Positions 23,184 to 33,729 are shown, counted from the stretch's first letter. The stretch: 64,000 nt of DNA from Gallionella sp. (GCA_035720625.1 DASTNS010000029.1:4014-68013), one strand, 5' to 3'. Numbers and translations are program-made. The notes: generated by a model not told the origin, from the sequence alone.

Positions 23184-24941
23184 TCAGCCTGCCGTTCCAT
23201 AACCTGGCTGCCTGGCAACGCGCAAACATGCGTCCACCACATCGGGATCGAACTGGGCGCCGCGCCCCTGAACCAGAGCAGCGAGCGCCGCATCCTTTTC
23301 CATGGCGGCGCGGTAGGGGCGGTATGCCATCATCGCCTCCAGCACATCGGCCACCGCCAGTATGCGCGCCTCCAGGATGATCTGCTCGCCCTTGAGCCCG
23401 TGCGGGTAACCTGAGCCGTCGAGGCGCTCATGATGTTGCAACACCATTTGCGCCACCGGCCAGGGGAAGGGAATGTCCTTCACGATCTCGAAGCCGGCCT
23501 GGGTGTGCTGCTTGATCAGCGCAAACTGCAAGTCGCTCAACTTGCCCGGCCGGTTGATGATTTCGGCGGGCACCCCCACCGTGCCGATGTTGTGCAGCAA
23601 CGCGCCGAAATGGACGCCTTCCACCTGCTGCTGCGACAGGCCCATCTCGGCGGCGATGGCCGCCGCAAGTTTGGCGACGCGCTGCTGGTGGCCGGCGGAG
23701 TACGCATCGCGCTTTTCCAGCGTGAGGGCGATGGCGGTGATGGTCTGCTCCAGTGTGCGGCGCAGTTCGGCGGAGGAACGGTCGCGCTCGGCGCGCGTGC
23801 GCAGCGTGACGATGCCAAAGGCAATATCGCCGGCCAGTTCTTCCATGAGCTTGGTCTCGGCGGCATCGAACGCTTCCGGGCTTGACGAAAACACCGTCAG
23901 CACGCCGTAAAAGTGATCGTTATTCATCAGCGGCAGAGCCATCCCGGATTTGATACCCAGCCCGGCCAGTTTTTCCAGACAGTATTCCGCGCCATCGTGT
24001 CCGCCGTTGTACACGCTGGTCTGGCGCGTCTGCAGGGCGGCAGGGGTGACGCAGTGGCGGACATATTCCGGGTCGTTCTGCAAGTCGGCGAGACGCTGGC
24101 GAATGGCGTCGCCGCCAGAGCAGGAAACCAGAAGAGGGGTGCTCTCCGGCGCTTCGCCGGGAAAAAATATCGCGGCGAAGAGGTGCTCACCGATCTCGAC
24201 GATGTGGCGGCAGACGGTCTGGAACAGCTCTTCCTCGCTCTTCGCGCGTACCAGCGCGACGTTGCAGGCGGAGAGGGTGCGCAAGGCGCGGTTCACGCGC
24301 ACCAGGTTCTGCTTCTCCGCGAACAGTTCGGCGGTGCGCAAACGCACCTGCTCATCCAGGCTGTCGTTGAGCAGATTGAGCTGGTTCTGGATGCGCATCA
24401 ATTCGTGGTTCAGGATCACGCTGTTCTCATACACCGAGAACAGCATGTTCGCCATCTGCTGGCCACCAACGGCAACGTTGTAATTCTCGCCGCCGTATTC
24501 CACCTGGATTTTGCGCCGCTCTTCCGCGATCTTCCTGCGAAACGGGTTGTCCAGCAGGGAATGGATGCGCCCCAGCAGAATGGCCTCGACATAGGGCTTG
24601 GTAAGGTAGCCGTCAGCGCCGACATCGAGCGCTTTGATGATGTCCTTCGGTTCGGACAGCATCGTGACCAGAACCACCGGGATGATCCACAGTTTCTCGT
24701 CGAGCTTGATCGCGCGGCACATCTCGTAGCCATCCATCAGCGGCATCTGGATATCGCTGATCACCAGCGCGACAGGATGCTTGCACAGCGCTTGCAGCCC
24801 TTCCTCGCCGTTCCGCGCCACTACCGGCACCCGGTAACCCGCCCGCACCAGGATGCGGCGCAGCATCTCGGCCTCCACCGGGCTGTCTTCGACGATCAGG
24901 ATTTCCGTTTGTGCGCTGGAGGGTGTAGTTTGCTCAGTCAT
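23184..24941 (-). CDS. Response regulator REC-GAF-HD-GYP (HD motif reads HN)
   Basis: VEDS, ISDIQMP and YLTKP in the REC domain; GAF; LLHNIG and HHERLDGSGYP. Confidence 0.9.
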   Translation of the reverse strand: MTEQTTPSSAQTEILIVEDSPVEAEMLRRILVRAGYRVPVVARNGEEGLQALCKHPVALVISDIQMPLMDGYEMCRAIKLDEKLWIIPVVLVTMLSEPKDIIKALDVGADGYLTKPYVEAILLGRIHSLLDNPFRRKIAEERRKIQVEYGGENYNVAVGGQQMANMLFSVYENSVILNHELMRIQNQLNLLNDSLDEQVRLRTAELFAEKQNLVRVNRALRTLSACNVALVRAKSEEELFQTVCRHIVEIGEHLFAAIFFPGEAPESTPLLVSCSGGDAIRQRLADLQNDPEYVRHCVTPAALQTRQTSVYNGGHDGAEYCLEKLAGLGIKSGMALPLMNNDHFYGVLTVFSSSPEAFDAAETKLMEELAGDIAFGIVTLRTRAERDRSSAELRRTLEQTITAIALTLEKRDAYSAGHQQRVAKLAAAIAAEMGLSQQQVEGVHFGALLHNIGTVGVPAEIINRPGKLSDLQFALIKQHTQAGFEIVKDIPFPWPVAQMVLQHHERLDGSGYPHGLKGEQIILEARILAVADVLEAMMAYRPYRAAMEKDAALAALVQGRGAQFDPDVVDACLRVARQPGYGTAG

Positions 24942-24999
24942 TTTTCATTCCTTATTGTTGTTCTTAATCCTGCTTGTAAGTATTACTGCATCAACTGTT

Positions 25000-25246
25000 G
25001 CCCCCATCCCAGCCTTCTGGATGAAACAACTAGCCATTCGACTAAGCTGCCAAAGACCGCAGCCAAGTCGCTGGTTACCCCGCAAGCGAGGGAAGGGGCC
25101 AAAAACGCCCCCATCCCAGCCTTCCCCCGTGAACGGGGGAAGGAGAAAAAGGTTCCCTCCCTTGCGCGTAGCGCTGGTTTGCTCCCTCCCTTGCACGCGT
25201 AGTGTGCGGGGGAGGGTTGGGGAGGGGGCAAGGCTGGGATGGGGGC
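25000..25246. repeat. Family A cluster with nested family B element (25018-25077)
   Basis: About 4-5 units read directly from the sequence. Confidence 0.9.
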
Positions 25247-25261
25247 AGCAATCCCTCATCA

Positions 25262-26326
25262 TCATTTCCCCGCCATCCCGCCAACGATGCCATGATTATT
25301 CGCCAACGCTTCCAGCGTCGGCGCGATCTGCTCCAGCGGCAATATGTGCTGCACCGCACCCAGTTCCACCGCCTGCTTGGGCATGCCGTACACCGTGCTG
25401 CTGGCTTCGTCCTGGGCGATGGTGATGCCGCCCGCGGCGGCGATGTCGGCCATGCCGTCGGCGCCGTCGCGCCCCATGCCGGTCAGCAGCACGCCCACCG
25501 CACCGGCGCCGAAACAGTGCGCCGCGGCGCGCATCGTGACGGTCACCGAGGGGCGATGTCCGTCGATAGGCGCTGCCAAAGAAAGCGCGAAGCGTCCGCC
25601 GCCATTGTCCAGTTCCAGATGGACGTCCTCGGGGGCGAAATAAATTATCCCCGCCTGCGGCGCCTCGCCATGCACTGCCTTGCGCACCGGCAGCGGGCAG
25701 ATTTCGGCCAGCCACATCACCATCTCTGACAGGAAACTGCTGCCGATATGCTGGACGCACACCACCGGCAGCGGAAATTTGGCGGGGAGGCTTCCCAGAA
25801 TTTCGCGCAAGGCCTGCGGCCCGCCGGTGGAAGCGCCGATCACCACCATGCGCAGCGCGGTCTGCGGGTGCGGCATCGCGCTGGGACTGGTGACAGGCCT
25901 GGCGGCTGCCCCATTGTGCCGGCGGAACACCCGCACCCCGGACAGGATGCGTATCTTGCTGGCCAGTTCATTGGCCAGCTTGTCGAGGTTGGCGCCGAGA
26001 ATGTCGCGCGGCTTGGGCAAAATGTCCACCGCGCCCGCTTCGAGCACCCGGAAAATGTTGGGCGAGCCCGGTTCCACCGACACGCTCACCACCAGGATCG
26101 GGCGCGGATAATTGGCCATCGCCTCACGGGTGAATTCCAGCCCGTTCATCACCGGCATGTGCAGGTCGACGCAGATCACATCGGGGTTCAAGGCCGGCAG
26201 CAAGTCGAGCGCCTCCCTGCCATTGGCGGCGGTGCCCACTACCTGGATTTCGGGAAAGCGGGACAGCATGCGTTGCAGGATGTGCAGCACCAGTGGGGAA
26301 TCGTCTATCAGCAGAACGCGGATCAT
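25262..26326 (-). CDS. cheB: Chemotaxis methylesterase with REC domain
   Basis: IDDS and DLHMP; GASTGGPQAL, VQHI, HRPSV, LTGMGRDGA and QDEASSTVYGMP motifs. Confidence 0.96.
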   Translation of the reverse strand: MIRVLLIDDSPLVLHILQRMLSRFPEIQVVGTAANGREALDLLPALNPDVICVDLHMPVMNGLEFTREAMANYPRPILVVSVSVEPGSPNIFRVLEAGAVDILPKPRDILGANLDKLANELASKIRILSGVRVFRRHNGAAARPVTSPSAMPHPQTALRMVVIGASTGGPQALREILGSLPAKFPLPVVCVQHIGSSFLSEMVMWLAEICPLPVRKAVHGEAPQAGIIYFAPEDVHLELDNGGGRFALSLAAPIDGHRPSVTVTMRAAAHCFGAGAVGVLLTGMGRDGADGMADIAAAGGITIAQDEASSTVYGMPKQAVELGAVQHILPLEQIAPTLEALANNHGIVGGMAGK

Positions 26327-26378
26327 GTTATCTCCTTGCATAAATTAACTTGGTGCGTTCCATCAGGCACAGTGAGCC

Positions 26379-26663
26379 TCAATCTTGCTGTGCTGAAATC
26401 ATCCCCATTGCCACGGCAGCGTCAACGATGCGAATGCCTTGGTAATGTCCGCCGAGGCTGTGCAGGTGTTTGTCTCCAGAGACGATCAAATCTGCCTGTG
26501 CTGCCAACGCGCAAGCGAGTACATGGTCATCATCGGGGTCGTTCACGATGACACGCGGCACATTTACCGGTACGGTCATATACGCCAGGCGCCTCAGCTC
26601 TCTGACGATGCTCAGCGGAGTCAAACCGGCTTGCGCCAAGCGTACCGCGAATTTCATTATCAA
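26379..26663 (-). pseudogene. N-terminally truncated PIN-domain toxin
   Basis: DPDDDHVLACA...ADLIVSGDKHL C-terminal motif present; the usual N-terminal V.DTN motif is missing and only ~25 nt separate it from the antitoxin stop. Confidence 0.7.
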
Positions 26664-26688
26664 GGGTGGCTGCTGCTCGCCATGCCCG

Positions 26689-26928
26689 TTAGCCGCGCTG
26701 TGCTGCGCGTTCCTGGCGTGCGGCTTGAATCTCGGCGTCGATTTCTTCGTCAGAAAGTGGCGGCAGGGTCAATTTGTCGAGTTTAGAGAATGATTCACCC
26801 AAACGAGCACCGGCAGCAGAGCGTAATTCACGCGCTGCCAAGAATTCGACAAAATCCTCCACCTCGGCCAGACGTTGCTGCGGAAGTTGTTGCAGTTTTT
26901 GAATCAACGTGGGTGCTATTGCGTTCAT
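26689..26928 (-). CDS. DUF2281-like antitoxin
   Basis: KLQQLP.QRLAEVEDFVEFL and LSDEEIDAEIQAAR motifs; directly upstream of the PIN gene. Confidence 0.75.
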   Translation of the reverse strand: MNAIAPTLIQKLQQLPQQRLAEVEDFVEFLAARELRSAAGARLGESFSKLDKLTLPPLSDEEIDAEIQAARQERAAQRG

Positions 26929-27014
26929 ATTTTTCTCCATTTATGTATCTGTGCGCATCAATTTACTCCAACGGCCCGCAGAGGGGAAGCGGAGCGCCGC
27001 AATCCGCAATCCAA

Positions 27015-28583
27015 TCACCCCCGGCACACCCTGTTCCTGCCGCCTTCCTTGGCCTCGTACAACGCCTTGTCCGCCGCTGCCACCAGCTTCTCGACAGAGG
27101 TTTGCTGCGGCGGAAGCGAGGCGACGCCGAGACTGACGGTGATGGCGATGCTTTGCCTCTGCCCGATATCGAAGTGGTGCCCATCGGTTGCGGAGCGGAT
27201 ACGTTCCGCCATCTGCATCGCTGTCTCCAGGCCGGTTTCGGGAAGGATCACCGATATTTCCTCGCCGCCATAGCGGCACACGCTGTCCACGTTGCGCACC
27301 TGACTGCTGATGACGCTGCTCAAGCCCGCCAGAATCATGTCGCCCGCCACATGCCCGTAGGTATCGTTGACGCCCTTGAAGTGGTCAATGTCCAGCATCA
27401 GCAGCGAGAGTGGTTTTTCGTAGCGCTGCGCCCGCGCCACTTCCTTTTCCAGCAACGTATAGAACATGCGATGGTTCAGCAGCTTGGTCAGGCCGTCGCG
27501 CATCGCCAGATCCGCCAGCATGCGCGAGCGGCTTTCCAGTTGCGCGCCCACCTTCCCCACCAGCCAGTAGAAAAGGCCGAACAGCAGAATGCCTGCCGCC
27601 AGCGCGATCATGCTGCTGAAGACAATTGCCTTGCGCGCACTTTCGGCTTCGTGCGAAACATCCACCAGAAGCATCATCTGCCCCACCTCCGCGCCGGCCG
27701 CATCGCGCAGCGGCACGGCGATGCTGCGGTAGGAAACGCGCCGTTGCACGATGGTGGTCGCGGAGCCGGCAAGCGCCGCCTTGCCGATTTTTTCCGCCAG
27801 CGCATCCGGAATCGTCTGCATGCCCTGGGAGCTGAGGACAACATCCGCGAAGCGCTCCCACTCCGGAACGCGGCCCAGCATCCGCATGCCCGATTCCCAT
27901 TCATCACGCTTGAGAAATTGCTTGCGGATCAGCATAAAGGTCTGCACGCCGAGGAATTCGCGCACCTCTTCCAGCGCGTGATCCACCTCCATCCCCAGTT
28001 CCACATAGCCGATCAGGTGTTTTCTTTCCTTGTCCGCATACCACGGATCCACTACCCGCAGCGTGATCGTGCCCATCGGCCCCAGCTCCACACCCTGCGC
28101 CAGCGCACCGCTGCGCTGCGCTTCCCGCGTGGTGAAGCGCTCGATGACATCGCCGTACCGCTCCGGCTGGTGCACGCGCAGCAGGTTCACCCGGTCTGCC
28201 CGCGTGAAATAGAAATGCGTGACGCCAAAAATCTTGCGCAGGTCGGTGAACATCGGTGCGCTTTTTTCCAGCAGGGTGGCACGGTCGCCGCGTTCCAGTG
28301 CGGCGTGCAGTACCTGGTCCTTTTCCAGCATTTCGATGATGGTTTGCAGCGCAATGGCATTGTGGCGGATGCTGTTCCGGTACAGTTCCGGCGCGGAAAC
28401 CTGCACTCTCACCACGCCGCTCTGCACATCCTCCTGCTGATAGCGGTAAAACTCGAACACAAACAGGCCGACCGCCGCCATGATCACCAGCGTCAGCGGC
28501 GCGAGGAAAAACAGGCGCAGGCGCGCGGTCTCACCGCCGCCTTCGCTCAGTCCCGGTGCATCCCTGTTTTCGTTATCCGCCAT
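27015..28583 (-). CDS. Diguanylate cyclase with periplasmic Cache-type sensor
   Basis: Two TMs; D.LTKL.N, LDIDHFK.VNDTYGH, I-site RNVD and RYGGEE motifs. Confidence 0.92.
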   Translation of the reverse strand: MADNENRDAPGLSEGGGETARLRLFFLAPLTLVIMAAVGLFVFEFYRYQQEDVQSGVVRVQVSAPELYRNSIRHNAIALQTIIEMLEKDQVLHAALERGDRATLLEKSAPMFTDLRKIFGVTHFYFTRADRVNLLRVHQPERYGDVIERFTTREAQRSGALAQGVELGPMGTITLRVVDPWYADKERKHLIGYVELGMEVDHALEEVREFLGVQTFMLIRKQFLKRDEWESGMRMLGRVPEWERFADVVLSSQGMQTIPDALAEKIGKAALAGSATTIVQRRVSYRSIAVPLRDAAGAEVGQMMLLVDVSHEAESARKAIVFSSMIALAAGILLFGLFYWLVGKVGAQLESRSRMLADLAMRDGLTKLLNHRMFYTLLEKEVARAQRYEKPLSLLMLDIDHFKGVNDTYGHVAGDMILAGLSSVISSQVRNVDSVCRYGGEEISVILPETGLETAMQMAERIRSATDGHHFDIGQRQSIAITVSLGVASLPPQQTSVEKLVAAADKALYEAKEGGRNRVCRG

Positions 28584-28617
28584 GGTCTGAATTTTTCATT
28601 TCTCAATCCTGCCCCAT

Positions 28618-28742
28618 GCCCCCATCCCAGCCTTCCCCCGCGCTACGCGCAAGGGAAGGAGCAAACTTCACACGCTGCGCGTGCAAGGGAGGGAGCCATT
28701 GCTCCTTCCCCTGTTTACGGGGGAAGGTTGGGATGGGGGCAT
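28618..28742. repeat. Inverted pair of family A repeats
   Basis: Read directly from the sequence. Confidence 0.9.
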
Positions 28743-28762
28743 GGTGGAGGCAGTAAAAACAA

Positions 28763-31207
28763 TCATCTCCCAATCAATCTTTGCAAAGTTTCCAGCAGCA
28801 CGCGCTGGTCGAACGAGGGTTTGGGGATATAGGCGTTGGCTCCGGCCTCCAGCCCCCGCCGTTTGTCCTCGTCGGAACTGAGCGTGGTCACCAGGATCAC
28901 CGGCAGCTCCTTGTAGCGCGGCTCCTGGCGGATGCGGGCGGTGAGTGTGAGCCCGTCCATGTTGGGCATCACGATGTCCGACACCACTGCGGCGAAGGAG
29001 CGGCGGCCGAGCGCGCTGAGGCCATCCACACCGTCCACGGCGGCGACCACTTCGTAGCCGGCATCTTCGAGGATGCGTTTTTCCATCGCGCGTACCAGTG
29101 CCGAATCTTCTACCAGCAGGATCGAATGCGGATTGCGGAGTTCGGATTGCGGAGTCATTTTTAATTCCGCATTCCGCAATCCGAATTCCGCACTCGTCTT
29201 GTGTGCCGAGCGCAGCAGATCGGCGGGATTCAGCACCGCGCAAATCTCGCCGCTGCCCAGTATGGTCAGGCCGGAGACGTTGCGCACCCGCGTGAGCGGC
29301 GCGCCCAGCGGTTTGGCGACCACCTCTTCTTCGTCCAGCAGTTCGTCCACCCGCAACCCCAGCCGTTCGTCGCCCACCTGGAGGACGATGCACACTGTCT
29401 GGCTGCCCCCACCCCCCTCTCCAACTTTCCCCCGCTCGCGGGGGAGAGGGTAAGCATCTCCCGCAGGCGTGGGAGGGAGCAATTTCCCCCCATCCCGACC
29501 TTCCCCCGCTCGCGGGGGAAGGAGTAATGCTCCCTCCCTTGCGCGCAGCGCGGGGGAGGGCTGGGGTGGGGGCTGCAACTCCAGCAAATCCGCGAGGCGC
29601 GGCGCGATCACCGGCTGCCCGTCGAGGCTGATAGCGGGACGCCCTTCGAGAGTGAAAATATCTTCCTCGCGCACGCGCCGCGAGGTATGCACGAATTCGA
29701 TCGGCAGCCCATACCGGCGGTCGCCCACGCCGGCCAGCAGCAGGCGCGTGGTGGCCAGGCTCAGCGGCAGGCGCACCTGCATCACCGTCCCCTGTTGCGG
29801 TGAGGACTCCAGGCGGATGTCGCCCTTGAGATGTTCCACGTTGACGCGCACCACATCCAGCCCGACGCCGCGCCCGGATAGCTCGGTGACGAAGGTGCTG
29901 GTGGAAAAACCGGGCAGGAAGATCAGTTGCTGCAATTGCGCCGGGGTCATCGCAGCGAGCGCGGCCTCATCGTGCAGCCCGCGCTTCAACGCCACCTGCT
30001 TGATTGCTTCCAGATTCAAACCATGTCCATCGTCGCGCACCTCCAGCAGCACGGTGCTGTTTTCCCGCAGCGCGCGCAGCCGCACCACACCGCCGCGCGG
30101 CTTGCCCTGCCGTTCGCGCTCGTCAGGCTGCTCGATGCCGTGGTCAATGGCGTTGCGCAGCAGGTGCATCAGCGGGTCTTTCATTTCCTCGAGGATGCGC
30201 TTGTCCACGCCGATCTCGCCGCCCTCGATCGCGAGTTCCACTTCCTTGCCCTGCGCCTTGGCGAGGTCATGCACCATGCGCGGGAACAGCGCGAACACGG
30301 TGGACAGCGGCAGCAGGCGCGCGGCATGCACCCGATCTTCCAGCGTGTTGACCGTGGTTTCCAGGCGTGTGCTGTCTTCATAAAAAGCATCGCGCGCTTC
30401 CTTGAGCTTGTTCCCGAATTCCGCAGTCCGCAATCCGAAATCCGCACTCTCTTTTTTGTGGTTGCGTTCCAGCAGCGCCCATTGCTCCAGCAGTGCATCC
30501 ATCAGCGATAGCCGGTGCTGCGCCCGGCCCTCAATCACACTGAGTTCGCCTACCAGCGTGAGCAGGTCATCCAGCTTGCGCGTTTCGACGCGTACCGTTT
30601 CGATGCGGAATGGTTCGGCGGCAGGCATTTGCCCCCTCTCCAACTCTCCCCCGCTTGCGGGGGAGAGGGCTGGTTCCTTCCCCACCGGCGCGATGAATTG
30701 CTCCTTCCCCTGCTTGCGGGGAGGGGTGGGGGCATTCATTTCATCCTGCGCCGCCCCCATCCCAACCTTCCCCCGTGAACGGGGGAAGGAGTCTGGTTCT
30801 TCAGGCATGCCAGGAGTTATGGCTCCCTCCCTTGCGTGCAGCGCGGGGGAGGGTTGGGGTGGGGGTATGATCCCAGAAACAGCCTCGCCTCCAAGCGCCT
30901 CCTGCACCAGCTTGCGCAGATCGCCCAGCACGGCGGTCATGCGCTCGATCACATCCGGCGTGAGCGGCGCCTCGCCCTTGCGTGCCGTGTTCAGGATGGT
31001 TTCCAGGCCATGCGCGGCGGTCTCGATCTTGGACAGCCCCAGCATGCGCGCCGCGCCTTTCAGGCTATGCGATTCGCGGAACACCTCCTCCAGCAAGGCC
31101 GGGTCTGCGGGCGTTTTTTCCAGATGCAGCAGGCCGTCGTCGAGGCGTGCGAGATGCTCCGCGCTTTCTGCCTTGAATAGTTGGGCTAGCTCCTTGTCTT
31201 CGATCAT
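28763..31207 (-). CDS. cheA: Hybrid CheA (Hpt-dimer-HATPase-CheW-REC; WspE-like) with four repeat-derived inserts
   Basis: FRESHSLKGAAR, HLLRNAIDHGIE, DDGHG and GFST..SGRGVGLDVV motifs; CheW domain; C-terminal REC (VEDS, SDIVMP). Confidence 0.95.
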   Translation of the reverse strand: MIEDKELAQLFKAESAEHLARLDDGLLHLEKTPADPALLEEVFRESHSLKGAARMLGLSKIETAAHGLETILNTARKGEAPLTPDVIERMTAVLGDLRKLVQEALGGEAVSGIIPPPQPSPALHAREGAITPGMPEEPDSFPRSRGKVGMGAAQDEMNAPTPPRKQGKEQFIAPVGKEPALSPASGGELERGQMPAAEPFRIETVRVETRKLDDLLTLVGELSVIEGRAQHRLSLMDALLEQWALLERNHKKESADFGLRTAEFGNKLKEARDAFYEDSTRLETTVNTLEDRVHAARLLPLSTVFALFPRMVHDLAKAQGKEVELAIEGGEIGVDKRILEEMKDPLMHLLRNAIDHGIEQPDERERQGKPRGGVVRLRALRENSTVLLEVRDDGHGLNLEAIKQVALKRGLHDEAALAAMTPAQLQQLIFLPGFSTSTFVTELSGRGVGLDVVRVNVEHLKGDIRLESSPQQGTVMQVRLPLSLATTRLLLAGVGDRRYGLPIEFVHTSRRVREEDIFTLEGRPAISLDGQPVIAPRLADLLELQPPPQPSPALRAREGALLLPPRAGEGRDGGKLLPPTPAGDAYPLPRERGKVGEGGGGSQTVCIVLQVGDERLGLRVDELLDEEEVVAKPLGAPLTRVRNVSGLTILGSGEICAVLNPADLLRSAHKTSAEFGLRNAELKMTPQSELRNPHSILLVEDSALVRAMEKRILEDAGYEVVAAVDGVDGLSALGRRSFAAVVSDIVMPNMDGLTLTARIRQEPRYKELPVILVTTLSSDEDKRRGLEAGANAYIPKPSFDQRVLLETLQRLIGR

Positions 31208-31212
31208 GATGT

Positions 31213-31390
31213 GCCCCCACTGATGGAACTACTAGCCATCTGACTAGGCTGTCCACCAACGACAGCCAAGTCATTGGTTACCCAACCCTCCCCCGCAAGC
31301 GGAGGAGGGAGCAAATCGCTGCTCTTACTTGTGGAGCTATTCATACTCCCTCCCTTGCGCGTAGCGCGGGGGAGGGCTGGGGTGGGGGCA
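31213..31390. repeat. Family A inverted pair downstream of, and overlapping, the DUF559 gene; nested family B at 31221-31280
   Basis: Read directly; the last 15 codons of DUF559 (PPPQPSPALRAREGV) are the repeat. Confidence 0.9.
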
Positions 31391-31730
31391 GTTTTTCCAA
31401 AGCCCGCAGAATTACCTCCAGCACCGCCTGCGCCTCCCGAAACACCTGATTGTCCCAGAACCGCAACACCCTGAATCCCTGCGCCTCCATTTGCATATCC
31501 CGGCGCGCGTCATATTGCGCCTGTTCCTGATGCTGCCCGCCATCCAGTTCGATGATCAGCTTCGCTTCCAGGCAGGCAAAATCGGCGATGTAGTTGCCGA
31601 TGGGCACCTGACGCCTGAAGCGGTAGCCACCGAGCTGATGGTCGCGCAGATAGCGCCAGAGGTGGCGCTCGGTGTCTGTCGCATGGTTTCGCAGCGTGCG
31701 TGCGCGGTTTTGGGTGATGTGGTTACGCAT
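31341..31730 (-). CDS. DUF559 (Vsr-like PD-(D/E)xK) endonuclease-domain protein
   Basis: ARTLR...TDTE..LW..LR, FRRQVPIG.YIADF, IELDGGQH, D..RD and G.RVLRFW.NQV motifs. Confidence 0.93.
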   Translation of the reverse strand: MRNHITQNRARTLRNHATDTERHLWRYLRDHQLGGYRFRRQVPIGNYIADFACLEAKLIIELDGGQHQEQAQYDARRDMQMEAQGFRVLRFWDNQVFREAQAVLEVILRALEKLPPPQPSPALRAREGV

Positions 31731-31749
31731 AATTTTTTATCATGACCTC

Positions 31750-31915
31750 GCCCCCATCCCAGCCTTCCCCCGCAAGCAGGGGAAGGAGAGAAGCGGCCCC
31801 ATCCAACCTTCCCCCGCAGGCGGGGGAAGGGGCAAATCTCCTTCCCTTGCACGTAGCGCGGGTTTGCTCCCTCCCTTGCGCACATAGCGCGCGGGGGAGG
31901 GTTGGGGTGGGGGCA
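31750..31915. repeat. Family A cluster upstream of DUF559
   Basis: Three or four units in both orientations. Confidence 0.9.
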
Positions 31916-31933
31916 GGTTTGAAAGAAAATCCA

Positions 31934-33430
31934 TCATGCTATCGCCTTGAGATTCTCCGCCGCCTCGTTCAGTTTCTGCACGCCGACCTTGGTCTGGCTG
32001 ATCCCCGCAGCGGTTTCCTTGGCGCCGGCGGCGACGCTGTTGGCCGCCTCGATGATCTGGCTGAACGCGGCGGATTGCTGTTTGGCGTTGAGCATCACCT
32101 GCTGCGCATTCTCGTTGACGCTGCCCGCCATGCCGGAGATGCTGCCGAACAGCTCGGCGACCTTCTGCGCGAGCTGCGTCACCTCGCCCACGGTGCGCGT
32201 GCCTTCCTCGGTCATCATGATCGAGGAGTTGGTCGATTTCTGGATGTCGGCCACCAGCGCGGAGGCCTGCTCGGCAGACTTCTTGCTCTGGTCGGCGAGC
32301 TTGCGCACTTCGCCCGCCACGACCGCGAAGCCCTTGCCGTGCTCGCCGGCGCGCGCGGCTTCCACCGCGGCGTTCAGTGCCAGCATGTTGATCTGGCCGG
32401 ACAGGTCCTTGACCAGCGCGGCGATGCTGCCAATCTGGCCGGTCTGCTCACCCAAACGCAGGATCTGGTCGGCCATTGCGGCGATCTTGTCCTTGAGGCT
32501 GTTCATCGCCGTCACCGCCTGATGGGTGACCTCGCCGCCCTGCGCCGTCGCCGCGGTCGCCTTCTCCGCGGCCCCCGCCGCGCTTGCCGCCTGCTCTGCC
32601 GACTGGCGCGACGAGGCGGACAGCTCCTCAATGGTGGCGGAAGCCTCGCTCGCCGCGGTGACCTGCTGGGATGCGGTGCGCTCGTGCTGGGTGAGGGTCG
32701 CGGCGATCTGGGTCGCAGAGGTGGAGACCGCGGACACCGACTCGGTGAGCTTGCCGGTGAGACTGCGCACGATCCAGAAGCCGATGCCAAAGACCAGCAG
32801 GATGCCGCCGATGATGCTGGCGAGGGCGAGGTTCCGGGTGCGGTCATAGCTGGCCTCCGCCTTATTGTGCTCGTCCTTGGCCTCGTCCGCCTGGAGCTGC
32901 ATCAGCGCCCCGAAGTCCTGCTCTGCTTCCCGGAAGATCGGCATGAGCTTGTTCACGGCGTGCGTGCCTGCCTCGTCAAACTTGCGCTCCTTGAGCAGCG
33001 TGATCATCGGATTCTGCCCTTCTTCGCGAAGTTTCTTCCTGCTGGCATTGACGCTTTCGGCTAGCTTCTTCTCCTCCGGCGTCAGATATGTCGCCAAGTA
33101 TTGCTCCCAGAGCTTGTCGATCTTCTCGCGGTTTGCCGCCACGACATCGGTATGCCTGGTCACGGGGTGGTCCGCCTCGTGCAGCTTGCTCGCCGGAATT
33201 CTGGGGTCATGCTGCAAGGCGAGGAACAGTTCCTGGACGCTTTCCCGCCGCAGGACTTCCACCTTCGTCAGCAAGATGGCCGGCACGAGCCGGTCGTCGT
33301 AGATGGATTCCAGGCTGTCAACGGTTGCCTTCATGCCGCGCAGACCCAGCACGCCAATGGTGATCAGCAGGAGCGACAGGAATCCCAGCAGCAAGAACAA
33401 CCTCATTCCAATTTTCATATTTTTAAGCAT
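31934..33430 (-). CDS. Methyl-accepting chemotaxis protein (four-helix-bundle sensor)
   Basis: Two TMs, SIYDDRLVP and [34 protein letters not shown]. Confidence 0.95.
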   Translation of the reverse strand: MLKNMKIGMRLFLLLGFLSLLLITIGVLGLRGMKATVDSLESIYDDRLVPAILLTKVEVLRRESVQELFLALQHDPRIPASKLHEADHPVTRHTDVVAANREKIDKLWEQYLATYLTPEEKKLAESVNASRKKLREEGQNPMITLLKERKFDEAGTHAVNKLMPIFREAEQDFGALMQLQADEAKDEHNKAEASYDRTRNLALASIIGGILLVFGIGFWIVRSLTGKLTESVSAVSTSATQIAATLTQHERTASQQVTAASEASATIEELSASSRQSAEQAASAAGAAEKATAATAQGGEVTHQAVTAMNSLKDKIAAMADQILRLGEQTGQIGSIAALVKDLSGQINMLALNAAVEAARAGEHGKGFAVVAGEVRKLADQSKKSAEQASALVADIQKSTNSSIMMTEEGTRTVGEVTQLAQKVAELFGSISGMAGSVNENAQQVMLNAKQQSAAFSQIIEAANSVAAGAKETAAGISQTKVGVQKLNEAAENLKAIA

Positions 33431-33468
33431 TTTGAACCCCTTTCAGTTTTTCGTGCTGCGTAAAGCTT

Positions 33469-33712
33469 CCCCCCCATCCCAGCCCTCCCCCGCAAGCGGA
33501 GGAGGGAGCCCCCACCCCAGCCCTCCCCCGATGCCCTCTCCTCAATCCTCTGATGGAACTGCTAGCCATTCGACTAGGCTGCCAAAGACCGCAGCCAAGT
33601 CGCTGGTTACCCCGTGAATGGGGGAAGGATCAAAATACTCCCTCCCTTGCGCGTAGCGCGGGTTTGCTCCCTCCCTTGCGCGTAGCGCGGGGGAGGGTTG
33701 GGGTGGGGGCAG
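33469..33712. repeat. Family A cluster with nested family B element (33551-33609)
   Basis: Read directly; the right part nearly duplicates 31843-31933. Confidence 0.9.
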
Positions 33713-33729
33713 GTTTGAAAGAAAATCCA

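Noticed and set aside
24945..25265. Short ORFs made of repeats (e.g. 24945-25265, 31740-31937, 33542-33733, 35210-35420, 38304-38593)
   Set aside because: They are translations of stop-poor GC-rich repeat clusters; no independent evidence of being genes.
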